A DNA stretch of 63,554 bases, counting the filler, from Chiloscyllium plagiosum (taxonomy: Eukaryota): the NCBI RefSeq assembly GCF_004010195.1. It is 5 parts of one record of this genome, joined end to end, with 100 filler letters (N's around TTAATTAATTAA, not from the genome) between each part and the next. Parts side by side here need not be neighbours in the genome. Positions count along the whole stretch, not along the records: positions 1 to 24,828 come from NC_057712.1; 4 more parts are not named here. One strand, written 5' to 3'. Positions 12,259-24,200 of the stretch are shown one piece after another. The stretch's first letter is position 1. Each line of letters starts with the position of its first letter. The notes under the pieces are model-generated. The model was not told where the DNA came from and did no database searches. It saw only the letters and a list, made by a program, of their open reading frames with translations. Both the position numbers and the translations under genes were made by a program.

Positions 12259-14159
12259 TGTAGTTCCACAAAGAAACCTCAGTCTTGTAATAAATGTCCT
12301 TGTAACTTACACGTTTAATTTTGCAATTCCAGGTAGTGGGTGTAAGTTGGCGCTGTGTAGAAACAGTCTGGTTAAAGTGTTACATAAATTTCTTCAATAA
12401 CAAAGCAAGATAAAAGAACATGACAATTCTATCTGATCTCACCTTGGTGCTGATAACTATTTGAAATCATGAAAAAGAGTAGGAAAAGAGCAAAAGTGTA
12501 TAATTTCATAAGTATGGATCTATTATCCAGTAACTATCCAGACTGTACTATTAAGTAAGTCTTCAATGAAAAAGGTCAAAATAAAGTTGGCATAAAGTCA
12601 TACAAAGTGAATGTTCTGGGAATCTGTAGATTAGTAATTTACACAGTTGAGACATTACTGCACTCATTTAACAAGGCCTATCATTTCAGAGCAGAATGTA
12701 AAAGAGGTATTGATGGCATTTGGACAAAAGGATGGAAAAGAAGAAAATTATTTCCAAGCTACAGTCACACCTTGCACATTCATACTTTCACAACTCAAAG
12801 ATTCTGTTAAAGGCCGGAGGGGTACTAATTAAGGAATGCATTCCATCCATTAAGAATATTAAGAACAATGTAATTTTAAAAAAAATGTACAGGGAATGCC
12901 ATTGCATCCTGTCGTAAATCTTCAACTGGCGAGAGGTTTTAATGGAATGCAGTGATGAATTTCAAAGTATGGGGTAGAGATAAAAATATTATTTTTCTAC
13001 ATTTTATCGTTATACCAATCAGTTATCGTTATACCAACCAGATTTGGTCTGTCAATGTAATTTGCAATAAAGACAAAAAAAAAACTATCAATTTAAAGTA
13101 ATGGAAATAGGGATAGGATAGGACTGAATTCTTCAAGAACAATGGAGGAAAATTTGCCAATGAGGAATTGAGCAGTATGATGAGAATCTTTTCTATAAAT
13201 GGCCTACTCGTGTTCCTGTGTTCCTAGAATCTGAATATTGTAGCAATTCAAATAGCAGCAGAAGATCCTTCAGTTTTAGGATTTATGAGAAATCATGCCA
13301 TGATTGATAAAATTCTCCAGTAAGGTTTTAGCTTATAAACTGGATTATAAATGAAAAACTGCTTTAGTATGGGCAGTACATGGAATGTACAAGCTTCAGA
13401 TGATTGGCAGATACTGTGCCTATTAATTAATGTCAGGAAGCTGATAATGCCTGAAATTATGTAAAATTCTTACCCTTAGATTTAGAAGGGTTGCAATTCA
13501 TTCAATGTTTGCAGAACATCTGAATGCCGTGCATCCAGATAGAAAAATATTTCTTAAGGTGGAGATTTCAAAAAAGCTTTGAGTTATTGTATTAGACCAT
13601 CAAAAAAGGCTAAACGGGGACAAAAAGGCTAAACGATAGGAGTTTCTATTGCCCAGCAACAGGACTCCAGTAAAACAAAATCAGAACCACCAAGAAGACT
13701 AAGCAGTGTGATATTCATTCAGGAAAAAAAAGACTAAGCACAGAGGCACTGTGAGCTTTACAGTCTCCAGAACAGTCAAGGACAAAACAACAGAGAAATT
13801 TAAGAGAAATTCCTCCAGGAAGTCTATAAGTCTGTCATTGGACACTAGACAGTGGTTGCTGAAATGTTAAGCTAGTAAGAAGACTGGCCAAAAAAACTGC
13901 AAGAAGACATTATCATATTACGATGCGGATCAGGCTCAAGGGGCTGAATTGCCTGCTCCTGCTTCTATTACTTATATTGGAGTGTACACATATCGTGGCA
14001 GTAAATTGTCATGAAGACAATCTCGGAATACCTGCCCTTCATTGCCTCTTAGATTACCAATACCACTGTATATCTGCAGCCAATTAATGCCCCTCATTGC
14101 AACTACTCTATGTTGCCATAGTTGTGAATATGTTTGTCAAGCTGGCAAGTTGATTTGCA

Positions 14160-14193
14160 GACATTTCATCCCCTATTTAGGTGACATCTTCAG
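14160..14193 (-). ncRNA. Hammerhead motif in Penelope terminus
   Basis: GCA-CUGAAGA-UGUCACCU-AAAU-AGGGGAU-GAAA-UGUC-UGC. Stem I is GCA/UGC. Confidence 0.6.
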
Positions 14194-15679
14194 TGCTTTG
14201 GAGCCTTCTGTGAAGTGCTGCTGGACTTTTTCTTCTAGAAATTTGGTTATCATTTGGTTCCATTTCTGTTGCTTCCAGTTGCCAGTTCAGGCTGCAAGTT
14301 GTAGTGGCCGGCATATTGGGTCTAGGTCTATGTGTTTGTTGTTGGAGTCCGTGAATGAGTGCCATGCTTCTAATAATTATCTGGCTGTCCTCTGTTTAGC
14401 ATATCCTGTGATTGTTGTGTTGTTCCTGTTGAATTTGTGGTCCCTGTTATCTGTGTGTATGGCTACGAGAGACAGCCAGTCGTAGTGTTTAGTGGCTAGT
14501 TGGTTCTCGTGAACGTGGATGACTAATTGTCTGCCTGTTTGTCCGAGATAGTGTTTTGTGCAGTTGTTACATGGAATCTTGTAAATTACATTAGTCTTGC
14601 AAATGTTGGTTATAGGGTATTTTGTTCTAGTGAATTATTGTCAGAGTGTTGCTTTTGGTTTATGTGTTGTCATGAATCTGAGTGGTTGTAGAAGTCTGGT
14701 TATTAGTTCCAAGATATTTTATTCTGGCTACTGTGTTGGGTTGTGGCATGCCCTTGTCGCGTTGTTTCTCTGCTAGGCGTCTACGGATGAAGTTGCGAGG
14801 ATATTCATTCTTGGTGACGACTCTATAGAGGTGTTCTTCTTCTCTTCGTAGGTCGGGAGTGCTGCAGTATGCTGTAGCAATTTTGAACAAGATCTTAATG
14901 TAACTCCCATTCCTGGATGTGATGGTGGAAAGAACACAGAATGATGAATGCACAACAAGAATGTACAGAAAAGCCACACATATGGACCAGATTCTGAACT
15001 ACAACAGTGACCCCCTGATCAGACACAAGAGAAGCTGCATTAGGACCCTGTTCAAAGGGCTACCAAACACGGCAGCACTCCTGATCTACAAAGAAAGGAA
15101 GAACACCTCCACTGAGTTTTCACCAACAGATATCCCTGCAACTTCATCCTAACAGACAAACAATGTAATGAGGACATGCCACAACCTAACTCACTACCCA
15201 TGCTCTGTTATATAAACCCATCTTGAAACTAAAAGCCAGCCTTCTCCAACCACTGAGAATTATGATGGCCCATAAACTGACACCCACGCTCAAACAACAA
15301 CTCATCAGAACAAAAGACCCTATACCCAACATGTGCAAAACAAGTGTAATTGACAAGATTCCATGCAAAGACTGCATTAAACACTATACAGGACAAATAG
15401 TAGACAAGTAGTAATCCGCATCCATGAGCAACAATTAGCTACTAAACACCACAGCCAGCTATCCTTGTAGCCATACACACAGATAATAAGGACCAAAAAT
15501 TTGACTGAGACAACACAACGATCACAGGACAAGCTAAACAGAGGATAGCCAGAGAATTTCTAGAATCTGAATGTCCTCTTGCAACTTTCTTTTCCTATAT
15601 ATGTTACAATATCCAACTAATCTAATGGTAGAATGATCTGTAAAGGTTATAGTTAAATAACATAAGTGATATTAACAGA

Positions 15680-15990
15680 AGATAATGAACTAGAAGGCAT
15701 AAGTTTAAAGTGAGAGGGGAAAAATTTAAAATGGACCTAAAGGACAACTTTTTCACACAGAGGGTGTTGTGTGTATGGAATGAGTTGCCAGAGGAAATGT
15801 GGAGGCTGATACAATTACAATATTTAAAACACATCTGGATGGGTATATGAATAGGAAGGATTTAGAGGGATATGGACCAAGTGCTGGCAAATGGGACTAG
15901 ATTGGTTTCAGATATCTGGTTGGCATGGACGGCTTGGAGCGAAGGGTCTGTTTCCGTGCTGTACATTTCTATGTCTCTGTGACTCTAAAA
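15680..15990 (+). mobile_element. CR1 3' fragment nested in the Penelope arm
   Basis: FFTQRVLCVWNELPEE coding and CR1 tail. Penelope sequence GAATTTCTAGAA|GCATGGCACTC resumes at 15991. Confidence 0.8.
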
Positions 15991-16152
15991 GCATGGCACT
16001 CATCCATGTACTCAATCAACAAACACATAGACCTAGACCCAATATACCAGCTACTACAATGAACAACTGGATCGGCAACCGGAGGCAGCAGGACAGAACC
16101 AAATAAATTCCAGAATACTCAGTACAGCAGCAGTTCACAGAAGGCTCCAAAG

Positions 16153-16186
16153 CTGAAGATGGTAGCTGGACAGGGGACGAAACGTC
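16153..16186 (+). ncRNA. Hammerhead motif in Penelope terminus (stem II decayed)
   Basis: CUGAAGA-UGGUAGCU-GGAC-AGGGGAC-GAAA-CGUC. Confidence 0.55.
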
Positions 16187-16255
16187 TGCAAATTAACTTT
16201 CCAGCTCAGCAAACATATCGGCACCCGAGCTACAAATCTTTATGCAAACTTTGAA

Positions 16256-19200
16256 TTACTCTATGTTATTTACACCTTCCTGTAATTTCCTTGCAGATTT
16301 GCTCTTCCCACTAGTTGGAAGTCTATAGATTATAATAAGCATTGTAATTGCATCCTCTTTATTGATTAGTTCTAACCATATTAGTTCCTTGAACAGTCTG
16401 AAAGATCCTGTTTCTCCAGTACAGTAATGGTCTCTATGATGAAAAATTGGCACCCCTCTTTGTTTATTTACTTTCCTTTCTTTTCTGAAAAAACTGTAAT
16501 CAACAATATTTTACACCTGGATCTGCTCTTCCTTGAGCCAGACCTCTATTACCAACACACATCCTAATCCTAAATTTTAATAATGTAGTAATTGGAACAA
16601 GGGCCAGGTGGATCGCATTGACTATGAGATCCTTGATTAGCAATGCTAACCTGGGAAAATCAGGGAGCTTTGGCTGACAGACACAAATAGGAATTCAGAG
16701 AACTTCTTTACTCTGGGGACTGGCTTTAGGCTAGCTGGTCAGAATACTATGCACGTGCAAATTAAGGGTGACTTAGTGATGGGATATTGGCCTCTGTGCT
16801 GTTATTTCAATTAATTATATTCCATGTTTTCACATACATGTAGACTTCATTCTTTCTCCGTTTCTCTGATTTCAGCTATTAATTTACTATTTCCTATCCT
16901 AGTGTCAACTATTTACCCCACCACTTTGTGTACCCTACTATTACTTTTTAACATTCTTTCCTCATTCCTACATCACACCTGAGTTAATTTCATCCTTCAG
17001 CAATTGCACTAACAAAGCCTGCAACAAATTCAGTCTCAGCTCTGTTCCGATGTAACCCATCCAAGTTATAGACGTGCCATCCTCCCCAGAGTCTGTTGCA
17101 GGAATCCAAAGCCCTCCCTTCTTCACTATCTTTCCAACACACATTTATCTATCTTATCTTCCTATGTCTGTATTCACTTGCATGTGACACTGGGTGTCAT
17201 CCAGAGATTACTACATTACCAATCCTGCTTGCTAAATTTGATTGCAGGACCCCATTCCCCTTCCTGCCAATGTCATTAGTACAAAGATAGACCATGATCT
17301 GGCTGTTTGCCATCTCTCAAAAGAATGTTTTACAGCCACTCTGTGACATCATTGACCCTAGCATGAGGGAGGCAACACACCATTTTGGAATTATGGTGGC
17401 AACAGCACAAATGAGTGTTTGCTCACTAAAGAATCCCACCCGGACTGCCCTTCCATTCTTCTTCTTCATTATCTTCTTCATCTTCATCTTTGATTAAATG
17501 ATTGATTCATTGTTGTCGCATGTACCGAGATATAATGAAAAGTGTTGTGTTGTGTGCAATGGAGGCAGATTGTACCATACAAAGTGCATCAGGGTAGCAG
17601 AACATTGTGCAGAAAACAGTGTTAATTCCACAAAAGAAAAGGTGCAGGGAGAGATCAGAATTTACATATGAGAGGTCCTTTCAAAATTCTGATAATACAG
17701 GGTAAGCGTAGTTTATATTTGCCATTTCTACCATATACAACTAATACAGTAAAAAATGAGACAGCGCTCCTACAGGACCAAGGTACTACATGGACAGCAC
17801 AAACTACATGATCATACACAGGGCAGCATAAAGTGCATAAGAATTACAAAACACGCAAATTACAGTGTAATTAAGAAAAAGATAATTTATAGATATTGTT
17901 CTAGCAGCAATTCAAAGTCGTGCAAAGAATTTCAGATGGAAAATAATCCAACCATTCAATGTTAAGGAGCCTGATGGTTTGGGGGAGGAAACTGTCGCAT
18001 AGTCTGGCTGTGAGAGACCAAATACTGGTCTTCTGCCAGATGGCAGGAGGGAGAAGAGTTTGAGTAAGGGGTGTGTCGGGTCTTCCACAATGCTCTTAGC
18101 CTTTCAGATACAGTGTGCGGTGTAAATGTCTGTAATGGAGGGAGGAGAGGCCCCAATGATCTTCTCAGCTGTTCTCATGATCCATTGTAGGGTCTAATGA
18201 TCCAAGATGGTGCAATTCTTGAACCAAACAGTGATGCACCAGCTCTGGGTACTCTTAATGAACCCTCTGTGGAATGTGGTGAGAATGAGGGGTGGAAGGT
18301 GGGCTTTCCTTGGTCTATGCAGAAAGTAGAGCTGATGTTGAGGAACAGGTGAGATTCTCTGCCAGGTGGACACCAAGAAATTTGATGCTCTTCACGATCA
18401 CCAAGGGGGAGCTATCGATTTCCAGCGGAGTGTAGTTGCTCCATGCTATCCTGAAGTCAACAACCATCTCTTTCATTTTGTCCAAGTTCAGAGACAGGTT
18501 GTTGGCTCTGCACCAGTCTGTTAAGCCACTGCATCTCCTCTCTGTATGTTGACTTGTAATTCCTGTTGATGAGACCCACTACAGTCGTGTCATCAGTGAA
18601 CTTGATGATGTGATTCAACCTGTGCATCACTGCACAATCATGTGCTAGCAGGGTGAACAGCAGTGCACTGAGCAAACAACCCTGGGGGGCTGGGGGGGTG
18701 CGTACTCAGTGTGATGGTATTAGAGATGCTATTTCGAAATTGGCCTGACTGAGATCTCCCAGTCAGGGAGTTCTTGAATCTATTTGCATGTGTATTCAAC
18801 CCTTCATACCTTCTGCCTGATGGAAGAGGGTGAAACTGAGTATAACTGGAGTGGAAAGGATCTTTGATTATGTTGATTGCTTTCCTGAGGCAGCGGGAAG
18901 TAAAGGTGGAGTCAATGGATGGATGATGGACTAGGCTGCGATCATGACTCTCTGTAATTTTGCGTGGGCTTGGTCAGATGTCCTATGACACCAGTCTTGG
19001 GAAGAGTAGTTGCCATACCATGCTGTGATGCATCCAAATGGGATCCGGACAGATCCTTTTCTTCCCTGTCCTGGACAGCTGAGCCACATGTGTTGGCATG
19101 GTCTTGACTCTTGTTGTACTCCTGCAAGGATCCATCACCCTCATTAATATCCAAAAAAACAATTTGAGTGGAGCTTCTATGGACTCCTACACGACCTGAA

Positions 19201-19500
19201 TATATCCCTTGGATTGCCTTGTGGTCAGCCATTCCCCATGTGCCTGCTTGTCCTCAACCTGTGGTGTGACCAACTCTCTTAACATGCTATCCACAATGTT
19301 CTCTGTCACACAATGCACCTTAATGATTCTAATTGCTGTTTGAGATCCTTAGCTCAAGTTTAAGCTGTAAATGACGTTACCTACAGTTGGGCTGATCTCG
19401 ATTATGAGAAATGTCTGTAATTCTCCATGTCAGAGGATAGGCACACTGCTTGGCCAAGCTGGCTTACCATACCTTTATTTACACTTTTAAGTTATTTTAT
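16256..19500 (-). mobile_element. Old CR1 5' region (ORF1 and APE) split by a solo LTR and Rex1 insertions
   Basis: APE remnant IWLELINKEDAITMLIIIYRLP. Esterase-like remnants at 17050-17455 continue at 19050-19500. Confidence 0.55.
17500..19040 (-). mobile_element. Rex1/Babar-clade LINE fragments, one (about 17710-18775) nested in another
   Basis: LSALLFTLLAHDC...IIKFTDDTTVVGLI...YREE RT motif and LYFLHRPRKAHLPPLILTTFHRG C-terminal motif. The outer element's 3' UTR recurs at 33930-34150. Confidence 0.75.
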
Positions 19501-20114
19501 GTACTATAACTTCAGTTGCTTTAACTTTACTACAAAATAATCTACAAAACCATGAAGGGCACAGATGGTTATATGACAAGAAATATTTCCCTTAATGAAA
19601 CAGTCAATGACATGGGCACAGATATAAGGGAAAGGGCGAGAGATTTAAAGGGGATATAAGAAAGAAAAATCAACCAGAGAGTGATTTGTGTTTGGAGCTC
19701 ACTGTCTAAGGGAAAAATCACTGAGGGTGGAAGTGAAATCAGAAGCCAAGGTATTTCTATTGTATCAGAGTGGGTGACATTCATTCAAAATGCTGGGAAT
19801 TATGAGGAGAATCAATGAACTTGTTGGAGCTCATAAAAAAAAGTCTGAAAAGGAAACTCAAAAGCAAGAGATAAACACTGCAGAAGATGTACATTGGGTA
19901 GATGAGAGGTATGAAGGGTTTTTATCTAAAGAGATGTCAATTCATTTACTTCTTCAAAGAAAACATCCAGAAACATAACTATACTTAAGGGAGTGGAGGT
20001 GCCAGTGTTGGACTGGGGTGGACAAAGTTAAAAATCAAACAATTCCAGCTTATAGTCCAACGAGTTTATTCGGAAGCACTAGCTTTTGGAGCACTGCTCC
20101 TTCATCAGGTGGTT

Positions 20115-20417
20115 TAGTTTTAGTTTACATTACAGTGTGGAAACAGGCCCTTCGGCCCAACAAGTCCACACCGACCCGCCGAAGCGCAACCCACCCATAC
20201 CCCTTACCTAACACTATGGGCAATTTAGCATGACCAATTCACCTGACCTGCACATCTTTGGACTGTGGGAGGAAACCGGAGCACCCGGAGGAAACCCACG
20301 CAGACACAGGGAGAACATGCAAACTCCACACAGTCAGTCGCCTGAGGCGGGAATTGAACCTGGGTCTCAGGCGCTGTGAGGCAGCAGTGCTAACCACTGT
20401 GCCACCGTGCCGCCCAC
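20115..20417 (-). mobile_element. Full-length HE1-like tRNA-derived V-SINE
   Basis: Head GGGCGGCACGGTGGCACAGTGGTTAGC with B box GGTTCAATTCC, V-domain and CR1-like tail. TGGTT is repeated on both sides. Confidence 0.92.
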
Positions 20418-20794
20418 TGGTTGTGGTGCAGAAGATCATCCGACACAAAATTTAAAGCAAAAGATTACAGTGTGATGCTGTAATATGATGTGCTGAACTG
20501 ATATATTGAAAAAAACTGGATTGTTTATTAAGTCTTTCATCTTTTAGAATGACCATGTTAGTTTCGGTTTTCTCATATGTAAATCCTAGAACTTCTTTAA
20601 AAGTTACATTCTCAAGTTAGCTTTAACAATAGGCTCCATCTCAGCTCAGACACTGCATTGAAGGTGTGATGTTAAAGTCTGTCTGTGTCCCAATGTTCAG
20701 ACTGAATCCATGTCTAAAGTGGGATTTACAGAATCTTACATGGATTTTTGAGCAAAATAAAATTTATTCTGCAAATACAAATTCACCCCACAAA

Positions 20795-21041
20795 CTATAT
20801 GTGTGTATATGCAGGAGAGACTGAGTGTGTGTAATCATGTGGGTTTGTGTGTGTTGAGATGGGTGAGGTGAGAGAGTGTGTGTATGTGTATGTGTGTGAG
20901 TATAATGGAGTATAAATCTGTGAAGGGGTGTGGGTGTGGGGGATGTATGTGTGAGCGTATGAGAGAGAGCTTGTGTATGAGAGAGGTATGTGCATTAGTG
21001 TGTGGGTCTGTAGGAGTATGTTTGTGTGTGTGTGTGTGTGT

Positions 21042-21072
<31 letters not shown>

Positions 21073-21112
21073 CACGTGCGCATGCGCGTGTGTATGTGTG
21101 AGAGAGAGAATG
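20795..21112. repeat. Compound (TG)n/(GA)n microsatellite
   Basis: Directly visible; the near-pure TG run is at about 21023-21072. Confidence 0.95.
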
Positions 21113-21261
21113 TATAGTGCAGTGGGCTCACCTGTACCCAATGTCCCGGTTGCGGCCATCCCCATGGGTAGCTTCATCAGCCAGTTACCTGATCGAGGAA
21201 CAGTGCTCCAAAAGCCAGTATTTCCAAATAAACCTGTGGACTACAACCTGGTGTTGTAACT

Positions 21262-24200
21262 TTATACTGAGGGACGCTGGGATTACTCACACTCTCTTGT
21301 TGGAGTAGGATTTAAATTTCCCTGCAGAAATTCAAAGAAAACCTTGATATAAAGGATAGGTGGAGAATATATCCTGATTGCATTATATCTAGTGTAAGTA
21401 TGACTTATTGTCTGGTAAGTGGTGATCGGGCAGTGACGGAATTATGTGGTGGTACTGTTGATTTATTCCTTGGGAATGATTTAGCAAGAGTGAAAGTTAT
21501 TGTGTTGCCTATAACTACAGAATGTCTAATTGAGCCTAAAGAGACAGAACAGTTGGAAGAATAGTCCCTGGGTATTTTTCCACTCAATTTTGTAACTAAA
21601 GCAGGTCATCACCAGAGTGATCACAAATCATCATAGGGGTCATCATCACATGCTGCTGTTGGGTGAGGTGAAACTTTTTTTATAGCCAGAAGAGTACTTA
21701 TACAGAGAGTCATATAGACTCAAAATGTTAGCTTGCTTTCTCTTCATGGATGCTACCTGACTTACTGTGATCTCCAGTATTTTTTGCTTTCAGCACAGAT
21801 TCCAGCATCTGCAGTAATCTGCTCCGATCAGTAAATCACCCATGTTTCCAATTGAATAATTTATGTCCAAGGCCTGGGAAGGGCAATGCAAATCATCAAA
21901 GATGAGGGAGAGGTAACAGTGCTTACAGCGTTCCTCAAGCCGTGGCTGCCACAGCTTTTAAATCTGGAAGCTGGATCAGGCCAGGTAAGGGTGGAATGGG
22001 CCTACCGGGTCACAATACACGGGCTCGGCTCAAACCAGCGCCCTCGCCCGGTCCTGTTCCAGCTGCAGAGCGATAGGGAGAGGCAGATACTCCTAGAAGC
22101 CTCTAGAAATCTTGGAAAAGATTCCCAAGCCATGATCTATAAAGGATCCAAGATCATGTTATTTCAGGACTTTTCCCTAGCTGTGGTCCGAAAGAGGAAG
22201 GCATTCGATGAGGCGAAGAAGTGTTTAAGGGACTTAAATATTCAGTACTTCTTACGCTACCCAGCGACGCTACGCTTTAACCATGAAGGATCCGTGTATA
22301 ACTTCGGATCGCCAGAAAAGGCTAAGGAATTTTTGGACTCTCTTAGATAAATTGTAAGAGACAATGGATGTTGATTTGCCTTTCCTCCACTCCGGTTTAT
22401 ATCCCCCCCTTTTTCTTTTTTCTTACCTTACTGTTTAATATTATCTTGGGGGGTGGGGAGAGGGATTTATTTATTTGTTCCCTATTTAACGATTTTCTCC
22501 CCCCCTTGGGGTTGTTTTTTAAAATTATTCTATGTATGTATGTGTTTATGTATATATATGTGTGTGTGTATATATATATATATATGTATGTATATATATA
22601 AGTCGGGGGGGTTAGTTAATGTTGGTGGGGGGAGGTGGTTACCTTAATCTATTTTACCTCTGTCTCTAGGAGCAGGGTTGTTTTCCCTGGGGCATTGGTT
22701 GGGAGAGGATACGATGGACCTTTGGAAAGGAAGTGATACCCCCTGGGAACAAGGGGGAAAATCTCCATTTAAATACATTTTATATTTTTTTTATTATTTA
22801 GAAATAGTTTTTTATTATATTGTTGTGAGCGTATTAGAGAGCCTTTATTTTTGTGAATTTTATATGCTCTATGCTCGGGATGTTTTGGATAGGGTTTCCC
22901 CTCCCGAGGGGTCTCGGATTTGCCTGGATGATTATGGTTGATCAGTCAGTTAAGTGGTGCACCTGGAAAGTCAAGGGGAGTAATTCGCTAGTCAAAAGGA
23001 AGAAAATATTATCAAATCTTAAATAAGTAAGAGTTGATACAGCTCTCTTACAGGAGATACATCTGTCAGATAAAGAACACTTGAAATTACGACAGGGTGG
23101 ATTTGATCAGGCCTTTTTTTCTTCTTTTAACTCAAAAAGTAGGGGAGTTGTTATTCTTGTTCGGAAGAATTTCCCTTTCAAAATCCTAAATCAGACAAAA
23201 GAAGAATCTGGAAGATATATTCTGATTAAAGCCCTTATAAATGGAGAGGAATATGGGATTTTAAATTTGTACTGCCCCCCGGCACACCCCTTTAAATTTA
23301 TAACGGAAGTCTTCTCAAAATTGATGGCTCTTGGTGCCCGTCATACAAATATAGGGGGAGACTTTAATTGTATTATGGATCCAGAAATAGATAGGATTCC
23401 CAAGAGTACTGCAGGAGTATCTCCCAGATCTAGACAATTGGTGGATCTGAACAAAGAATTAGGATTAGTAGATGTATGGCGATGTCTTCATCCACAGGGC
23501 AGAGATTTTTCTTTCTACTCCAATCCACATAAATGTCATACCAGAATTGATGTGTTTTTTGCCCCCTCGATTTTTTAAAATTCCATATCATCCTATAAAA
23601 TAGGAAGTAATTTCCGACCATGCTGCTGTATATATGGAAACCAAGGTGAGGAACAATGGGACATCCCCTCGGCATTGGCGTATGGACCCCTTCCTAATGA
23701 AAGACGGTGAATTTGTAAAGTACTTCTCTCAAGAATTTAAAACTTTTTTAGAAATTAATTCAGGTACGGCTAGCAACCCATCAATGATGTGGGAGACCAT
23801 CAAAGCTTATGCACAAGGTTTGATCATCTCCTACTCAGCGACCCAGAAAAAATCAAAGGGAGAACAATAGCATCTGCTCAAAGCACGCTTAAAAGCAGCT
23901 GAAACTGCATACGCTGATAGACCTTCTATATTAAATTGCAAAGGATTACGGCCCTTAGGAAAGCTCTAAACACTACGCTTACCCAAACGGCTAAGAGGGA
24001 AATTTTATTTGCAAAACAAAGGTTATATGAATTTGGCGACAAACCGGATAGATACTTAGCATTTCTTGCAAAGAAAAAAAAGGCCCCTCAAATTATCACG
24101 TCTATCAAGGAAAGTATGGGTATTTTGACTCATGATCATAAAAAGATTAATGCAATCTTTAGAAAATTTTATTCTGATTTATATAAATCGCAGGATTGTG

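Larger units (their letters stand above)
14120..16255. mobile_element. Penelope-like element in inverted (divergent) arrangement
   Basis: Minus arm 14120-14900 and plus arm 14901-16255 both encode RT thumb and GIY-YIG remnants (YRKATHMDQILNY, IPCKDCIKHYTGQ) and end in hammerhead termini. The plus arm is interrupted at about 15566-15990. Confidence 0.85.
19990..21260 (-). mobile_element. Penelope-derived element with microsatellite-rich terminus and inverted hammerhead ends
   Basis: GIY-YIG C-terminal remnant THGDGRNRDIG (minus strand, about 21137-21170) and a (TG)n/(GA)n tract. Segment 20020-20112 is an inverted copy of 21185-21260. Confidence 0.7.

Noticed and set aside
13003..13640. Short two-copy tandem duplications (TTATCGTTATACCAA near 13005, CAAAAAGGCTAAACG near 13602, also AAGTTTGAAATTTGAGA near 34085)
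   Set aside because: Ordinary 18-21 bp slippage duplications with no further structure.
20340..20417. tRNA-like A and B boxes (also at 27450, 36335 and 53710)
   Set aside because: These are SINE heads followed by V-domain and LINE tail, not tRNA genes.
20795..21259. His/Thr- and Cys/Val-rich ORFs
   Set aside because: Translations of the TG/CA microsatellite.
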